A stretch of DNA of 64,000 nucleotides from an uncultured Candidatus Saccharibacteria bacterium. GTDB lineage: Bacteria > Patescibacteriota > Minisyncoccia > Phycocordibacterales > UBA9973. Where the stretch lies: assembly GCA_964646765.1 (NCBI GenBank), contig CAZYIA010000004.1:77887-141886 (forward strand). The letters are read 5' to 3'. The notes beneath the pieces were generated by a model, which saw only the letters and a list, made by a program, of their open reading frames with translations, had not been told where the DNA came from and ran no database searches. Shown piece by piece: positions 46,238 through 55,852 of this stretch (positions are counted from its first letter, which is position 1; each line of letters opens with the position of its first letter). The position numbers and the translations under genes are program-made.

Positions 46238-47230
46238 TCAGGTATCGCGGTCACTGCTCATATCGACAAGACCGACAATGGCAGCGGGATCGGCTGCGTA
46301 GTAGAGCGTACCGTCAACCCAACGAAAATACTCGTCGGCTGGGGCGGCATCGGGTCCTGCTTCGATGACATGGCGAAGCATCGCAATGTCAATTCCGCGC
46401 GTCTCGCACGTATAGTCGCTGTGCTTCGGTTGCGCAGTGAACCAGAAGCGACCGTCACACCAGACGTTGAGCGAATTACCGCGCAGATTCAGCTCGTCCA
46501 GATCGCCCCATTCGTCCGGGGACATCGAAACGGCAACCGACTCCAGATCGTAGATCCTGCAGAGGGATTCCATCTCCTCGAGCCGCGTGATGAACTCCTT
46601 GGTGATCGTGATGACGGCGTAGCCGGGGCCGTCGCCGTATTCGTTGAGGGCATACGCTTCGACCACAAGCTTGAACGGCCGCATCGCCGCCTCGTCGGTC
46701 GTGCCGACTACACGACAACCTGGATAGGCGTTTTCAGCCTGCTCGCAAGCGTGTTCAATGGATTCTGCCCAGCAATCGAAAAGGATTGGCTCGGCGCCGG
46801 GTTCCAGTTCGACCTGCAGTACCGTGTAGGAAAGACCGTACGGAGCCCGCATCCAGACGGCATCATTGCCGGCGCTCAGAGGCAGCAGGCCACCCGCTTC
46901 GTCGAACTTCGTGGCGCCGTCGAGCGTTGTCCAGCCATCCTGGTTGGACCAGAAGCCTGCGGTGTCGTCACTGGCGCGCGCCTCGCTGGCTGAAAAAACC
47001 ACGAATTCCGGCACATCGAAAACGGGGTGGAGCATGTCGGTTCTGACGACTTGCCGGGGTGGAAAGCTTAGCCCGGTGCCAACCGGCATGATCAGAACGC
47101 GGCCACCGTCCTCGTCTTCGCAGGCAATCCAGAGTAGCGTTTCGTCTCCTGGATCGCGCCACTCAAGCTTGATTTTCACCCGATCACCCTTGCGGATCGG
47201 GCGTGTTTGAGGTGTTTCTGACATTTCCAT
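46238..47230 (-). CDS. hypothetical protein (330 aa), largest member of the AYPGC-motif paralog family
   Basis: EQAENAYPGCRVVGTT. Start MEMSETP. Confidence 0.55.
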   Translation of the reverse strand: MEMSETPQTRPIRKGDRVKIKLEWRDPGDETLLWIACEDEDGGRVLIMPVGTGLSFPPRQVVRTDMLHPVFDVPEFVVFSASEARASDDTAGFWSNQDGWTTLDGATKFDEAGGLLPLSAGNDAVWMRAPYGLSYTVLQVELEPGAEPILFDCWAESIEHACEQAENAYPGCRVVGTTDEAAMRPFKLVVEAYALNEYGDGPGYAVITITKEFITRLEEMESLCRIYDLESVAVSMSPDEWGDLDELNLRGNSLNVWCDGRFWFTAQPKHSDYTCETRGIDIAMLRHVIEAGPDAAPADEYFRWVDGTLYYAADPAAIVGLVDMSSDRDT

Positions 47231-47309
47231 TCTCCTCGCAAGGACCAGTACCCACCGTGGGTGCTGAAAAGCCCTTGCAGAGGAAGGAAGCAATTGCGTC
47301 CGCGACGGT

Positions 47310-48512
47310 TTAAGTGGTTTCCGCGCCGTTCGAGCCGGGAAGCCTGTGTTTTTCCGCCATTTCGGAATGACGCTCTTCCTCGTCCGTGTGGACGTAACGG
47401 TTGGTCGTCGAAAGGTTTGCGTGGCGCATTACATCCCGCACCTGGGCGATATTCATGCCTTCCCGCACCAGGTTGGTTCCGAGCGAATGTCGGAGCCAGT
47501 GCGCGGATACGCTGCGCAGGAGCATGGCTTCGTCGCCGCGATCGGCACGTTCCAGTCTTCCGGCGACATTCTCGAACACCTCGTCCTTGAGGATGCGGTG
47601 CAACGTCTGCCGGGTGAGTCGCGCGCGACTCGGGCCAAGCGAGAAGATCAATGGTGTCGTTTCGTTGGATCGGGGCAGGGCGGACAGGCCGAATGCTTCT
47701 CGATAGATAGCCAGCTCCCGCATCAATTCCGGCGTCACCGGGATCTCGCCTTCGCTGGAGCCCTTGCCGGTAATCACAAGCCACCATTGGCGTGTGCCCG
47801 CGGGGCCTGGGCGCTGAATGAACCCGCCCATAGTGTTCGATACGGCCTCCGAGATTCGCAGCCCGGACAGATAGAGCAGAACGATCGCCCAGCGCCTCCT
47901 GGCCATCTTGCGAAACTCGGCCTCCCCCTCGCCAGCCGACGTCGCCAGCGTATCCAGCACAAGCGCAACCTGATCGGGGAGCAGATACCGGTGCAACCGC
48001 ACCTTGCCTGCGGTCTGTTTTTTCCTGCGCATCAGGGACAAGGGATTGCCATGCAGGTAGTTCGCGCCGACCAGCCAGTTGAAGAGCCCGTTGATGATGT
48101 TCATGGCCTGCTTCTGGCTTGCTTCCGACAGGGGCCCATAGAAAGGCCGCCAGTCGGGATGCGTAATGGGAAGCTTGCGGTTTGGTGAAATCCACTTGCG
48201 GGCCGGCTCGGGATTCCCCAGAAAACGCGGGTATTCAAGAACATCCGCGTGAGTCAGGGCAGAAAGTGTTTTCTTGCGCTCATGTGCAGCCCAGAGTACG
48301 AAACGGATTGCCTCCTTGCGATAGGACACGAAGGTTTCAGGCGAATCGAGATACCCCTTGAGCCACTCATTGACGGCGGAGAGATCGTCGGTCGCGTCGA
48401 GCTGGCAAACCTTGTCGCGGGCCCGGTTGTATCCGTTTTGCAGAACGACCGATGCCGGAATGCTGAAAATGGCCGGCAATTCTCCCGCAAGGATCAACTG
48501 GGTCGACATCAA
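47310..48512 (-). CDS. tyrosine site-specific recombinase / integrase
   Basis: C-terminal catalytic region HWLRHSLGTNLVREG...RHANLSTTNRYVH (R, H-x-x-R, Y). Confidence 0.85.
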   Translation of the reverse strand: MMSTQLILAGELPAIFSIPASVVLQNGYNRARDKVCQLDATDDLSAVNEWLKGYLDSPETFVSYRKEAIRFVLWAAHERKKTLSALTHADVLEYPRFLGNPEPARKWISPNRKLPITHPDWRPFYGPLSEASQKQAMNIINGLFNWLVGANYLHGNPLSLMRRKKQTAGKVRLHRYLLPDQVALVLDTLATSAGEGEAEFRKMARRRWAIVLLYLSGLRISEAVSNTMGGFIQRPGPAGTRQWWLVITGKGSSEGEIPVTPELMRELAIYREAFGLSALPRSNETTPLIFSLGPSRARLTRQTLHRILKDEVFENVAGRLERADRGDEAMLLRSVSAHWLRHSLGTNLVREGMNIAQVRDVMRHANLSTTNRYVHTDEEERHSEMAEKHRLPGSNGAETT

Positions 48513-48952
48513 CCGAGACGCACCGCGCCGATGTCGGAGAAGCGGGGGAACTCGGCCAGCGGCTTGTCGGACTGGAAGAGCAGGCGCCAGAACTCGGTGG
48601 CGCTACGATCGCGTCCGACTGGCCGCCAGTGAGGGCCGGCAAATGCACCGCCAGTCCAGTTGAGAGCAACGAAGTCGAAGGTTTCACCGGTCGTTTCCCC
48701 GGCGCGGGTGCCGTACTCGTACCGCTCGATCCAGATGATGTTTTCGGGGGAGACGCCACCAAGGAATGCCCGCCGAACCTTCGTCGCGATGACGTCAACG
48801 GCGTTGGTCACGGACATGCCGGGGTTGTGCTGAAACTCGGTCAGAACCACCACGGCCATGTCCGGCGCGGCCTGGAAAATCGACACCCCACACAGGCCTT
48901 CGGCCGCATTCCATGGGGTCTTGTAGCTTACGATGTGATGGCGAGATTGCAC
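48509..48952 (-). CDS. hypothetical protein
   Basis: 147 aa. Overlaps the integrase start. Confidence 0.5.
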   Translation of the reverse strand: MQSRHHIVSYKTPWNAAEGLCGVSIFQAAPDMAVVVLTEFQHNPGMSVTNAVDVIATKVRRAFLGGVSPENIIWIERYEYGTRAGETTGETFDFVALNWTGGAFAGPHWRPVGRDRSATEFWRLLFQSDKPLAEFPRFSDIGAVRLG

Positions 48953-49136
48953 GATGACTGCTCCATTTTTTCTTGCCCAATGTCGAGGGCAAGTTCAAGC
49001 TGATCCAGGCTGTACAGCGATTCCCAATTCGCGCGCCGATAGACGATACCGTTCCGCCCGATTTCTCGGTTGAAAACCTGGTGGTGGGCACGCGCGCCCC
49101 GCACCAGTTGTCTGACTTCGAGTTGACAGGCTGCGC

Positions 49137-49676
49137 TCACGATCGCTCCCGGTTGAGCATATCGGTAATCGATTCGGAGATCGGCCCCGCAATCACCGTG
49201 GTCGTCCGCGGCCCGAGTGCAAGCTTCAGCCTGGCAATCGCAGGGCGATATCTTTTTTCAGCCATGTCGGCAAGCTGGCGCCGGACGGCATCGGAAGCCC
49301 CGAGCGCGCGCTCCTCGTTGGTGTTGTCGTAAAGATCAGCAAGCTTGATCCGCATGGCGCTCGTTGAGCGTGAGGAGATGATGCGCTCGATGAAGGATGG
49401 ATAGGTTTCACCTTGTCCGCGGCAGAGGAGCTGGCACAACCTGATCACAGTTTCAGGATATCCACGCTCGCGCAGGGCGTTGGCTGTCGCGCCGGCGACA
49501 TCCTCGAGGACGTCGTGGAGAAGGGCGGCATGCTTCTCCACGACGTCCGCATCCGGCCCCAGCCGCATCATCACGCGCAACGGGTGGAAGTAGTAGGGTG
49601 CACCGAGCTTGTCCACCTGGTCCGCATGCAGATCGCAGACGAGCATGATGGTTTCGTTGATCGTCGGGCGCGTCAT
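49137..49676 (-). CDS. HD-domain protein, SpoT/Mesh1-like small alarmone hydrolase family (second copy in window)
   Basis: HPLRVMMRLG...LLHDVLED. Confidence 0.65.
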   Translation of the reverse strand: MTRPTINETIMLVCDLHADQVDKLGAPYYFHPLRVMMRLGPDADVVEKHAALLHDVLEDVAGATANALRERGYPETVIRLCQLLCRGQGETYPSFIERIISSRSTSAMRIKLADLYDNTNEERALGASDAVRRQLADMAEKRYRPAIARLKLALGPRTTTVIAGPISESITDMLNRERS

Positions 49677-50212
49677 GCGGCCCCCTTCGCTCGCGGCGAA
49701 ACCGAGATCCAGACCGCATAGCTGCCCAGTGCCTGGCGCAGGGACAGTGAACAAACGACGGCTTTGGAGTCGTCCGGGATAAATCCGCTGTAGCGCAGGC
49801 CATCGATCGGCGCCTTGGGAATGATTGCGTCGGGATCGATCTCTCTCGGGCCGCGACGAACAAGGGTCAGGTTGACCGCTTCGAAGCCCGGCGGCCGGCA
49901 GCCGTACTCAACGAGCGCCGTGTCGTGGATGAGCTTGTGCCAGGCCTTTCGGTAGCGGCGCCGCTCCTGCACGGACATCGCCAGGAGATCGTTGAGCGTG
50001 GCCAGACGCGCGCCGTCGAATCGCAGTTCGAGGCCGCGGCGAGAACTGGTCACGTTGCCGGTGGCCGTTGAAACCGCACGGATGATTTCCGAGGCTTGGC
50101 GAACTTTGGCTTGTTTAGGCGTGGAATTACCGTTTTGAGCGGCAAAAAAGCCAGGTTTTCGCTCCACGATCTCCTGAAACGCCTTTTTTGACATGCGTAA
50201 ACCGCGTTTCAT
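49673..50212 (-). CDS. hypothetical protein
   Basis: 179 aa, coupled to the HD gene. Confidence 0.5.
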   Translation of the reverse strand: MKRGLRMSKKAFQEIVERKPGFFAAQNGNSTPKQAKVRQASEIIRAVSTATGNVTSSRRGLELRFDGARLATLNDLLAMSVQERRRYRKAWHKLIHDTALVEYGCRPPGFEAVNLTLVRRGPREIDPDAIIPKAPIDGLRYSGFIPDDSKAVVCSLSLRQALGSYAVWISVSPRAKGAA

Positions 50213-50215
50213 GCG

Positions 50216-50515
50216 CTACTCCTGCTGTTGCGGGCCGGTGGCGACGTATTTCTCGCCATATTGACGCTGTTTTGTGCTACGAATTGGCATTTCGCCACGC
50301 ATCATTGCGCGGGCGTCCCGTACAAATTCTTTTGGAGTCAGGTGCCAGGAGTTCGGCCAGGCCTGCCACCACTCAATGACCTTGATGGCATCTTCCTCGG
50401 TCGGCGCGCAGTGAATGTCGCGCATTTCGGCAAGAATCCCGGGCAGGCGAGGGTCGTCGTCCGAGATTGGATCGTCCGGGCACAACGCCTCGTAGATTTT
50501 CAGGTATTTGCTCAA
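50216..50515 (-). CDS. hypothetical protein
   Basis: 99 aa. Confidence 0.45.
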   Translation of the reverse strand: MSKYLKIYEALCPDDPISDDDPRLPGILAEMRDIHCAPTEEDAIKVIEWWQAWPNSWHLTPKEFVRDARAMMRGEMPIRSTKQRQYGEKYVATGPQQQE

Positions 50516-50572
50516 TTCAAACCTCCCTGTTGACGCCTACAGCGGAGAGCCTGCTGCCGGAGCGCGGCACCA

Positions 50573-51109
50573 TCACAACCCCAGCTCCTTCAGCGCGCTG
50601 TCAAACGCGGCCTCGACTTCCGGGATCTCTATCTTGTAAGTCCCGAAGAGAGACAGCCCGCGTTCCATCATATCCGTGAAGACCTTCTGAATCTGACCGT
50701 GAGGTGTCAGGTAGGTCACGCCGGCGCCGTCGGCATTGCTCACCGGCTCGCCATCGCAGAGCAGCGAGAAGAGGATCGAAAACATGCCGCCGCCCCGCAT
50801 CAAGAACCACAGCCAGTGCGGCCACGCCTGGTTGAGCGTGCGGAAGAAGGCGGATACTTCCGGGATCTGCGCGAGCTCGCGCGGATCGTCGTTGTAACCG
50901 TCGACCATGAAGGCGAGCGACTCGCGGTAACGGATGACGTTTTCCCGTGAGTCGGTCAGAACATGCAAGCGCTCGATGGCGCTTGCGATATGGCCCGACT
51001 CGATTTCCCGCCGGGTGATCATGAGCACGACCAGGGCGTCCGCGCTGTTGTCGGCCAGCCCATCGGCGTCGAGCATCCGTACCGGAATTTCGCGATCCTT
51101 GTGCAACAT
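50573..51109 (-). CDS. hypothetical protein
   Basis: Start MLHKDREI. Confidence 0.45.
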   Translation of the reverse strand: MLHKDREIPVRMLDADGLADNSADALVVLMITRREIESGHIASAIERLHVLTDSRENVIRYRESLAFMVDGYNDDPRELAQIPEVSAFFRTLNQAWPHWLWFLMRGGGMFSILFSLLCDGEPVSNADGAGVTYLTPHGQIQKVFTDMMERGLSLFGTYKIEIPEVEAAFDSALKELGL

Positions 51110-51254
51110 CTTGTTTTGCCTCCTTTGGCAGCCAAAGCGGAGACCGGTGCTGACCATGATTTTAGCCTGCCGCTCCGATAGCGTAAGGTGACAGTATATG
51201 CATTATGTGAGAAAAAACAAGGGGAGGATAGCAAAAACGCCTAATTACATATTA

Positions 51255-51295
51255 TTTCTTGACCTTGTGGAGATGCTCGATTACCATGCAGATGC
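51255..51295 (+). promoter_or_regulatory. candidate sigma70-like promoter for ssb (TTGACC-17-TACCAT) in an AT-rich leader
   Basis: Read by eye. Weak. Confidence 0.3.
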
Positions 51296-51327
51296 CTGTA
51301 AAAGGTCATGGGAAGGAGGCATCTTGA

Positions 51328-51762
51328 ATGGAAGAAGCGCTGTCATTGGCCGGGAACCTCGGAACCGAGCCAGAGATGAGATACACCGCCGACGGCAAGT
51401 CGGTGGTGACGTTCAGTCTTGCCGCCCATGAGCAGACGGCCCGCTCGGGCGTCTGCGAAATCCGGACGACCTGGTACCGGTGCGTCGTCGCCGGCGAGCC
51501 GGAGCTGGTCGATATGGCCGCCACGTTGCACAAAGGCGCGCGCGTGGAGATCGAGGGGGTGGTGCGAACCCGGTCGTGGCGACGCTACGGGCGGGAGGAG
51601 TCCATCGCGGAACTGCACGTTACTCGCCTTGTGCCCCGTTTTCGGCCGGGCGCCCACGAACGCAACGCCGGCGCCGTGGCGCCAACACCCCGCTCCCCTC
51701 TGGAGGCCGCTAAGGCTGCCGGCCTCTTCGAGGCTGATCGGCAGGACGGCACGGACAACTGA
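51328..51762 (+). CDS. ssb: single-stranded DNA-binding protein
   Basis: OB-fold N-terminus LAGNLGTEPEMRYTADGKSVVTFSLAA...WYRCVV. GGAGG RBS. Confidence 0.75.
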   Translation: MEEALSLAGNLGTEPEMRYTADGKSVVTFSLAAHEQTARSGVCEIRTTWYRCVVAGEPELVDMAATLHKGARVEIEGVVRTRSWRRYGREESIAELHVTRLVPRFRPGAHERNAGAVAPTPRSPLEAAKAAGLFEADRQDGTDN

Positions 51763-51773
51763 AAGGACACGAT

Positions 51774-52892
51774 ATGGCCGAACGGGAGCGGGACAGTGTG
51801 GCGCTGCTGCAGGAAGTGGCTGATCTGTGCGAACGGATCAGCGACACCAGGGAATTGACGCGAGAAGTGGCAAACCTGCTGTTTCAGCGTGGCGAACGCC
51901 CCAATGCAGGGCGGGTGCACCAGTTGACCCGCCGGGGTTCGATGGTGACCGTCCATGACGAGATGAACAAATGGTGGGACGATTTGCGGGCGAAGCTTGA
52001 GGTTCGGCTCGTGAACCCGAACCTGCCTGACGCCCTGCTTGAAAAGCAGAGCGGTCTGCTTGGCGAACTCTGGGATCTCGCCATCACCCGCGCGCGAGAG
52101 GAAATGCAGGCATATCGGGATGCGGCCGATGCGAAGGTGAGCGAAGCAGAGGTCGCCCGCGCGGCGGCGGAGGCGAGCGCCACAGAACACCTACGGGCCG
52201 CACAGACCGCCAACGCCAGCCGCGAGGAAACCGAGCGCCACCTAGCGGCCGAGCGTGCGGCCCGTGCGGCAGCCGAGGCCGACGTCGAGGCCTGGCGGAC
52301 GCAGGCGGAAGCGTCCGCCCGGGAAATGGAAAACAATCGCATCACCCTGGAAGCGCAACTCGATGCCCAGCGTGCTGCGGCCGAGCGCGCGGAGCAGCAG
52401 TTCAACGAGCAGCGCCGCCACACGCTGCTGGAGATCGACACCTTGCGCACCAGCAATGCGGAGCTGCGGGATCACCTCAAAAAAGCCGAGCACCAGATTG
52501 CCCGCCTGCAGGAATCCGAGCGCACCCTGAAGGAGTCCGAACGGGATCTGCATGACCGCCTCACCCGGCAAAGCGAAACGGTCGCACGTCTCACCGGCGA
52601 AGTTTCCGCGCTCACCGCGCGCCTCGATGCCATTGTGAGCGAACGGGACAATCTGGTGCTGGACAGACAGCGGGATCGCGAGGCGCACCAGGAAGCAATC
52701 GCCAGCCGGGACAGCACGGTGACATCACTGCAGGAATCGTTGCAGCTCATGAAGGCCAATGCGGAACTGTTGACGGCCGAAGCAGCCCGGCTGCGCCAGG
52801 CAAACAGCGACCTCAACCTTGCGTTGAAGCGGAAGGACGCGACGCCGGCGACCCCCGAACCGGACCCGAAGGATGAACATGATGAATGTTGA
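51774..52892 (+). CDS. kfrA: KfrA-like coiled-coil DNA-binding protein
   Basis: N-terminal DNA-binding region, then >250 aa of Ala/Glu/Arg-rich coiled coil. Confidence 0.55.
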   Translation: MAERERDSVALLQEVADLCERISDTRELTREVANLLFQRGERPNAGRVHQLTRRGSMVTVHDEMNKWWDDLRAKLEVRLVNPNLPDALLEKQSGLLGELWDLAITRAREEMQAYRDAADAKVSEAEVARAAAEASATEHLRAAQTANASREETERHLAAERAARAAAEADVEAWRTQAEASAREMENNRITLEAQLDAQRAAAERAEQQFNEQRRHTLLEIDTLRTSNAELRDHLKKAEHQIARLQESERTLKESERDLHDRLTRQSETVARLTGEVSALTARLDAIVSERDNLVLDRQRDREAHQEAIASRDSTVTSLQESLQLMKANAELLTAEAARLRQANSDLNLALKRKDATPATPEPDPKDEHDEC

Positions 52893-54804
52893 ACGCACAC
52901 TTGCCGAGCCGATGAAGGCCCTTGCCAGGATCGGTCTCAAACGAGCGGAGGATGCCCTACTGACGGTTCCGCGCCGGTTCGTCGACTATACCCTGCAGCC
53001 GGCCCCGGACCGACTTGCTGACCACATCGGCGAGAAGGTCTCCATCGAGCTCAAGATCATGGCGCCGCCCAAAGCGGACGGCAGCCAGCCGCGGTTCATC
53101 GTCGAAGCAATGGACCGCACACGCCGCGTGCACCGGATGACCGTGTTCGGCGCACTGAAGTGGTCGCCATGGAAGGCGGTCAAGGCCGGTGACGTCGTGA
53201 AGATCCAGGCCAAAGTGACCGACTTCAAGGGGACGCCGTATCTCAACAATCCGGAGTTGATCCGGGACGAGGACTGGGGGCGGGTCATTCCGGTCTACCG
53301 GGCCGTTCCCGGCCGCCTTTCCGGCGACAAACTGGCCGCCGGCATACGCGAGGCCCTTCGCATGCCGCACGCCATCGACGACGCGGTGCTCGCAATCCGG
53401 CAGGCGTTCGGCGGGCAAACCGAAGCCGAAATCCGTCTCATGACGGGCCTCAAGTGGCCGCTGGCCGGACTGGTTCGTGTGCTCCACCAACCCGCGGATA
53501 TGCAACAGGCTGAACGCGCCGTTCTTGCGGCACGACGGCTTGCGGTTCATGCGATCCGGCACCGCGCGACCAAGGCGGTGAGCCGTGCCTTCGAGAAGGA
53601 CTCGGTAATCCGGATCGATGAAGAAACGATCGATGCCATGATCATCGATCTGCCCTTTCGCCCGACCACAGGCGAACTCTCCCAGGAAGAGGCCATCCAG
53701 AAAATCGTCGAGCTGCTTGCGTTGCCCTACCCCATGGCGGCGCTCCTTTCGGCTGACGTGGGTGTGGGCAAGACCCTGGTGTATGCGGTGCCCGCGGTCG
53801 CCAGCCAGCGCCTGGGGCGCAAGGTGGCGGTGATGATTCCGAACAGCATCCTGGTGGAGCAGGTCGCTGCAGAGTTTCGTGAATGCTTTCCGGGAGTCCC
53901 GGTGACGACGGTTGGCGATGCGGCATCTGCGCGTAACCTCGATCTGACGGCCAACCCGATCCTTGTCGGCACGACCGGCCTCATCGGCGTGGCGCGGGCG
54001 CGGGCTTGGGTGCCTGACCTTCTCGTTATCGACGAATCCCAAAAAACCAGCCGGGAACAGCGGGAAGCGCTGTGCGGCCCGCACACGAACGTGCTGGAGG
54101 CGACCGCCACCGCCCTGCCCCGTACGCTTGCGCTCGTCATGCACGGTGGCAAGCAGTTGATCCAGGTGGCCCGCCATCACGCTCGCAAGACCATCCATAC
54201 CCGCGTTGTGACGCCGGCGGAACGGAAGATCGTCATGAACAAGATCCGGGAAATGATCGGTGCTGGCGCTCAGGTAGCCCTCATTTATCCGCGCGTGACC
54301 GGCGAAGAGGCAGGCGATCGTCTGAGCGTGGAGGAAGCCGGCAAGCTTTGGGAACAGCGGTTTCCCGGACAGGTGGCGGTGCTGCATGGGAAAATGAAGG
54401 ATGTGGAGAAGGCGAGCGTGATGGCCGACATGAAGGCTGGACGCAAGGCCTTGCTCTGTGCATCGAGCATCATCGAGATCGGCACGACCATCCGGAACCT
54501 CAAGTTGCTGATGGTGGTGAGTGCCGACCGTTACGGCGTCTCCACTTTGCACCAGATGCGCGGGCGCCTGGTTCGTCACGGAGGAGAGGGTTTCTGCTTC
54601 CTGTATCTCACCGGAGAGGTCGACGAAGAAACGATGGCGCGCCTGAAGCTCATGGAGAACGCGACAGACGGTTTCGAGCTGGCCAACATGGATCTCCAGT
54701 TGCGCGGCTTCGGAGATGTCGGCGAAGACTCCGGTGAGCAATCCGGTGCGAGTCTTACCTTGTTCAGGGATCTGGTGCTGATGCCGGGAGACTTTGAATC
54801 TTGA
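52873..54804 (+). CDS. RecG-like SF2 DNA helicase with N-terminal wedge/OB region
   Basis: Walker A DVGVGKT, DESQ box, LHGKM motif VI region. Confidence 0.75.
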   Translation: MNMMNVERTLAEPMKALARIGLKRAEDALLTVPRRFVDYTLQPAPDRLADHIGEKVSIELKIMAPPKADGSQPRFIVEAMDRTRRVHRMTVFGALKWSPWKAVKAGDVVKIQAKVTDFKGTPYLNNPELIRDEDWGRVIPVYRAVPGRLSGDKLAAGIREALRMPHAIDDAVLAIRQAFGGQTEAEIRLMTGLKWPLAGLVRVLHQPADMQQAERAVLAARRLAVHAIRHRATKAVSRAFEKDSVIRIDEETIDAMIIDLPFRPTTGELSQEEAIQKIVELLALPYPMAALLSADVGVGKTLVYAVPAVASQRLGRKVAVMIPNSILVEQVAAEFRECFPGVPVTTVGDAASARNLDLTANPILVGTTGLIGVARARAWVPDLLVIDESQKTSREQREALCGPHTNVLEATATALPRTLALVMHGGKQLIQVARHHARKTIHTRVVTPAERKIVMNKIREMIGAGAQVALIYPRVTGEEAGDRLSVEEAGKLWEQRFPGQVAVLHGKMKDVEKASVMADMKAGRKALLCASSIIEIGTTIRNLKLLMVVSADRYGVSTLHQMRGRLVRHGGEGFCFLYLTGEVDEETMARLKLMENATDGFELANMDLQLRGFGDVGEDSGEQSGASLTLFRDLVLMPGDFES

Positions 54805-54901
54805 GCCTTGATCGACTGGCCATCGCAAGGGCTTTGTTCTTGCGGCGTTATGCATGTAACGGACGATGATCTGCCAGGCTGGCAGCCGCAGGCCCCACAC
54901 A

Positions 54902-55132
54902 TTAAGCGTCGAGTTTTCCCGCCAACTCGGAAATTGCGCCGCCGACCTCAAGCCAGTGCCTCGCGGTCGGTTCAATTATTGCGCGCATGAGCGTCAGCAC
55001 AACGGCCTGCGAATTGATATCGCACCGCCGGTAAAGGTCCAGGAATGCGTCTTCGCTGGCGTCTGGAACGCTGAAAAGTCCTGTGACACTTTGGCGGGGT
55101 TTTGCCGCTGACGGCCTGATGGCGTCCGTCAT
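54902..55132 (-). CDS. small hypothetical protein
   Basis: 76 aa. Confidence 0.35.
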   Translation of the reverse strand: MTDAIRPSAAKPRQSVTGLFSVPDASEDAFLDLYRRCDINSQAVVLTLMRAIIEPTARHWLEVGGAISELAGKLDA

Positions 55133-55162
55133 CGCGAGCCGAGGGGCGTGCCCAAGAGCGAC

Positions 55163-55852
55163 TCAGCTCGCATGCTGCACTGACTGATCTGCTTCCTGCG
55201 GTTGCGGTGTACCAATCCGCATGGCGTGATAGACCTTCTTGCCGAGCATGTAACCGATACTGGGAGTGCCTTGAATCTCTTCCAGGCTGGCCTGGGCAAG
55301 GCCATGCACACTTCCGAAGCGTTTGGCCAGAATGCCGGCAGCCGTGGTTGATACACCGGGAAGCCCTTCGAGAATGTACCTGGTCAGAACCGATGAATTT
55401 GCCAGGGGCGTTGCGTGCCGCAGCTGGATTGGATACGGCATTCCCGCTTGACAAAGTTGGGCCATGCTGGCGATGAGCTTGGCGCTTTGCTCGATGCTCG
55501 CGGACAAAACCGTTTGCACGCCTGATTTCACGGCCAGCCACGCAAGCGCCTCGACGACGGCTTCCGACTCGATGAAGACGCGAGTTGTCATTGCGCAGCC
55601 CTCGATGACCACGAAAACCTGGTCATTCTGCTCACGCATCAGTTCGATTTGTGGATACAGGCTGCGATTGACAGTCCCGGCGACGAATTCCGCGGCAGTC
55701 AACCTGTTGAGTATGGTGCGTTTGGCAATGATGTGGGTCCCGACATCGAGGTCTGCCGCGATAACCCTGGCGTAGGCGAATTCCTCGATGATCTTGCCGG
55801 TGCCTTCCTCGTACTCCTTCCGGTCGCAAGTGATGTCGATGGTCGTAATCAC
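55163..55852 (-). CDS. nuclease-like protein with C-terminal tandem helix-hairpin-helix (HhH2); ERCC4/XPF-like candidate
   Basis: HhH2 LEGLPGVSTTAAGILAKRFGSVHGLAQASLEEIQGTPSIG. N-terminal D...KR region loosely resembles the ERCC4 GD...ERK motif. Confidence 0.5.
   Translation of the reverse strand: MITTIDITCDRKEYEEGTGKIIEEFAYARVIAADLDVGTHIIAKRTILNRLTAAEFVAGTVNRSLYPQIELMREQNDQVFVVIEGCAMTTRVFIESEAVVEALAWLAVKSGVQTVLSASIEQSAKLIASMAQLCQAGMPYPIQLRHATPLANSSVLTRYILEGLPGVSTTAAGILAKRFGSVHGLAQASLEEIQGTPSIGYMLGKKVYHAMRIGTPQPQEADQSVQHAS

Noticed and set aside
47293-47310. attachment site or tRNA gene next to the integrase
   Set aside because: I could not recognise a tRNA-like cloverleaf or a direct repeat flanking the integrase by eye. 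This needs tRNAscan or att-site comparison, so it is not reported as a feature.
47176-48195. 339-aa minus ORF 47176..48195 and plus ORF 47346..48188 overlapping the integrase
   Set aside because: Alternate-frame or antisense ORFs of the integrase gene, which has clear catalytic motifs.
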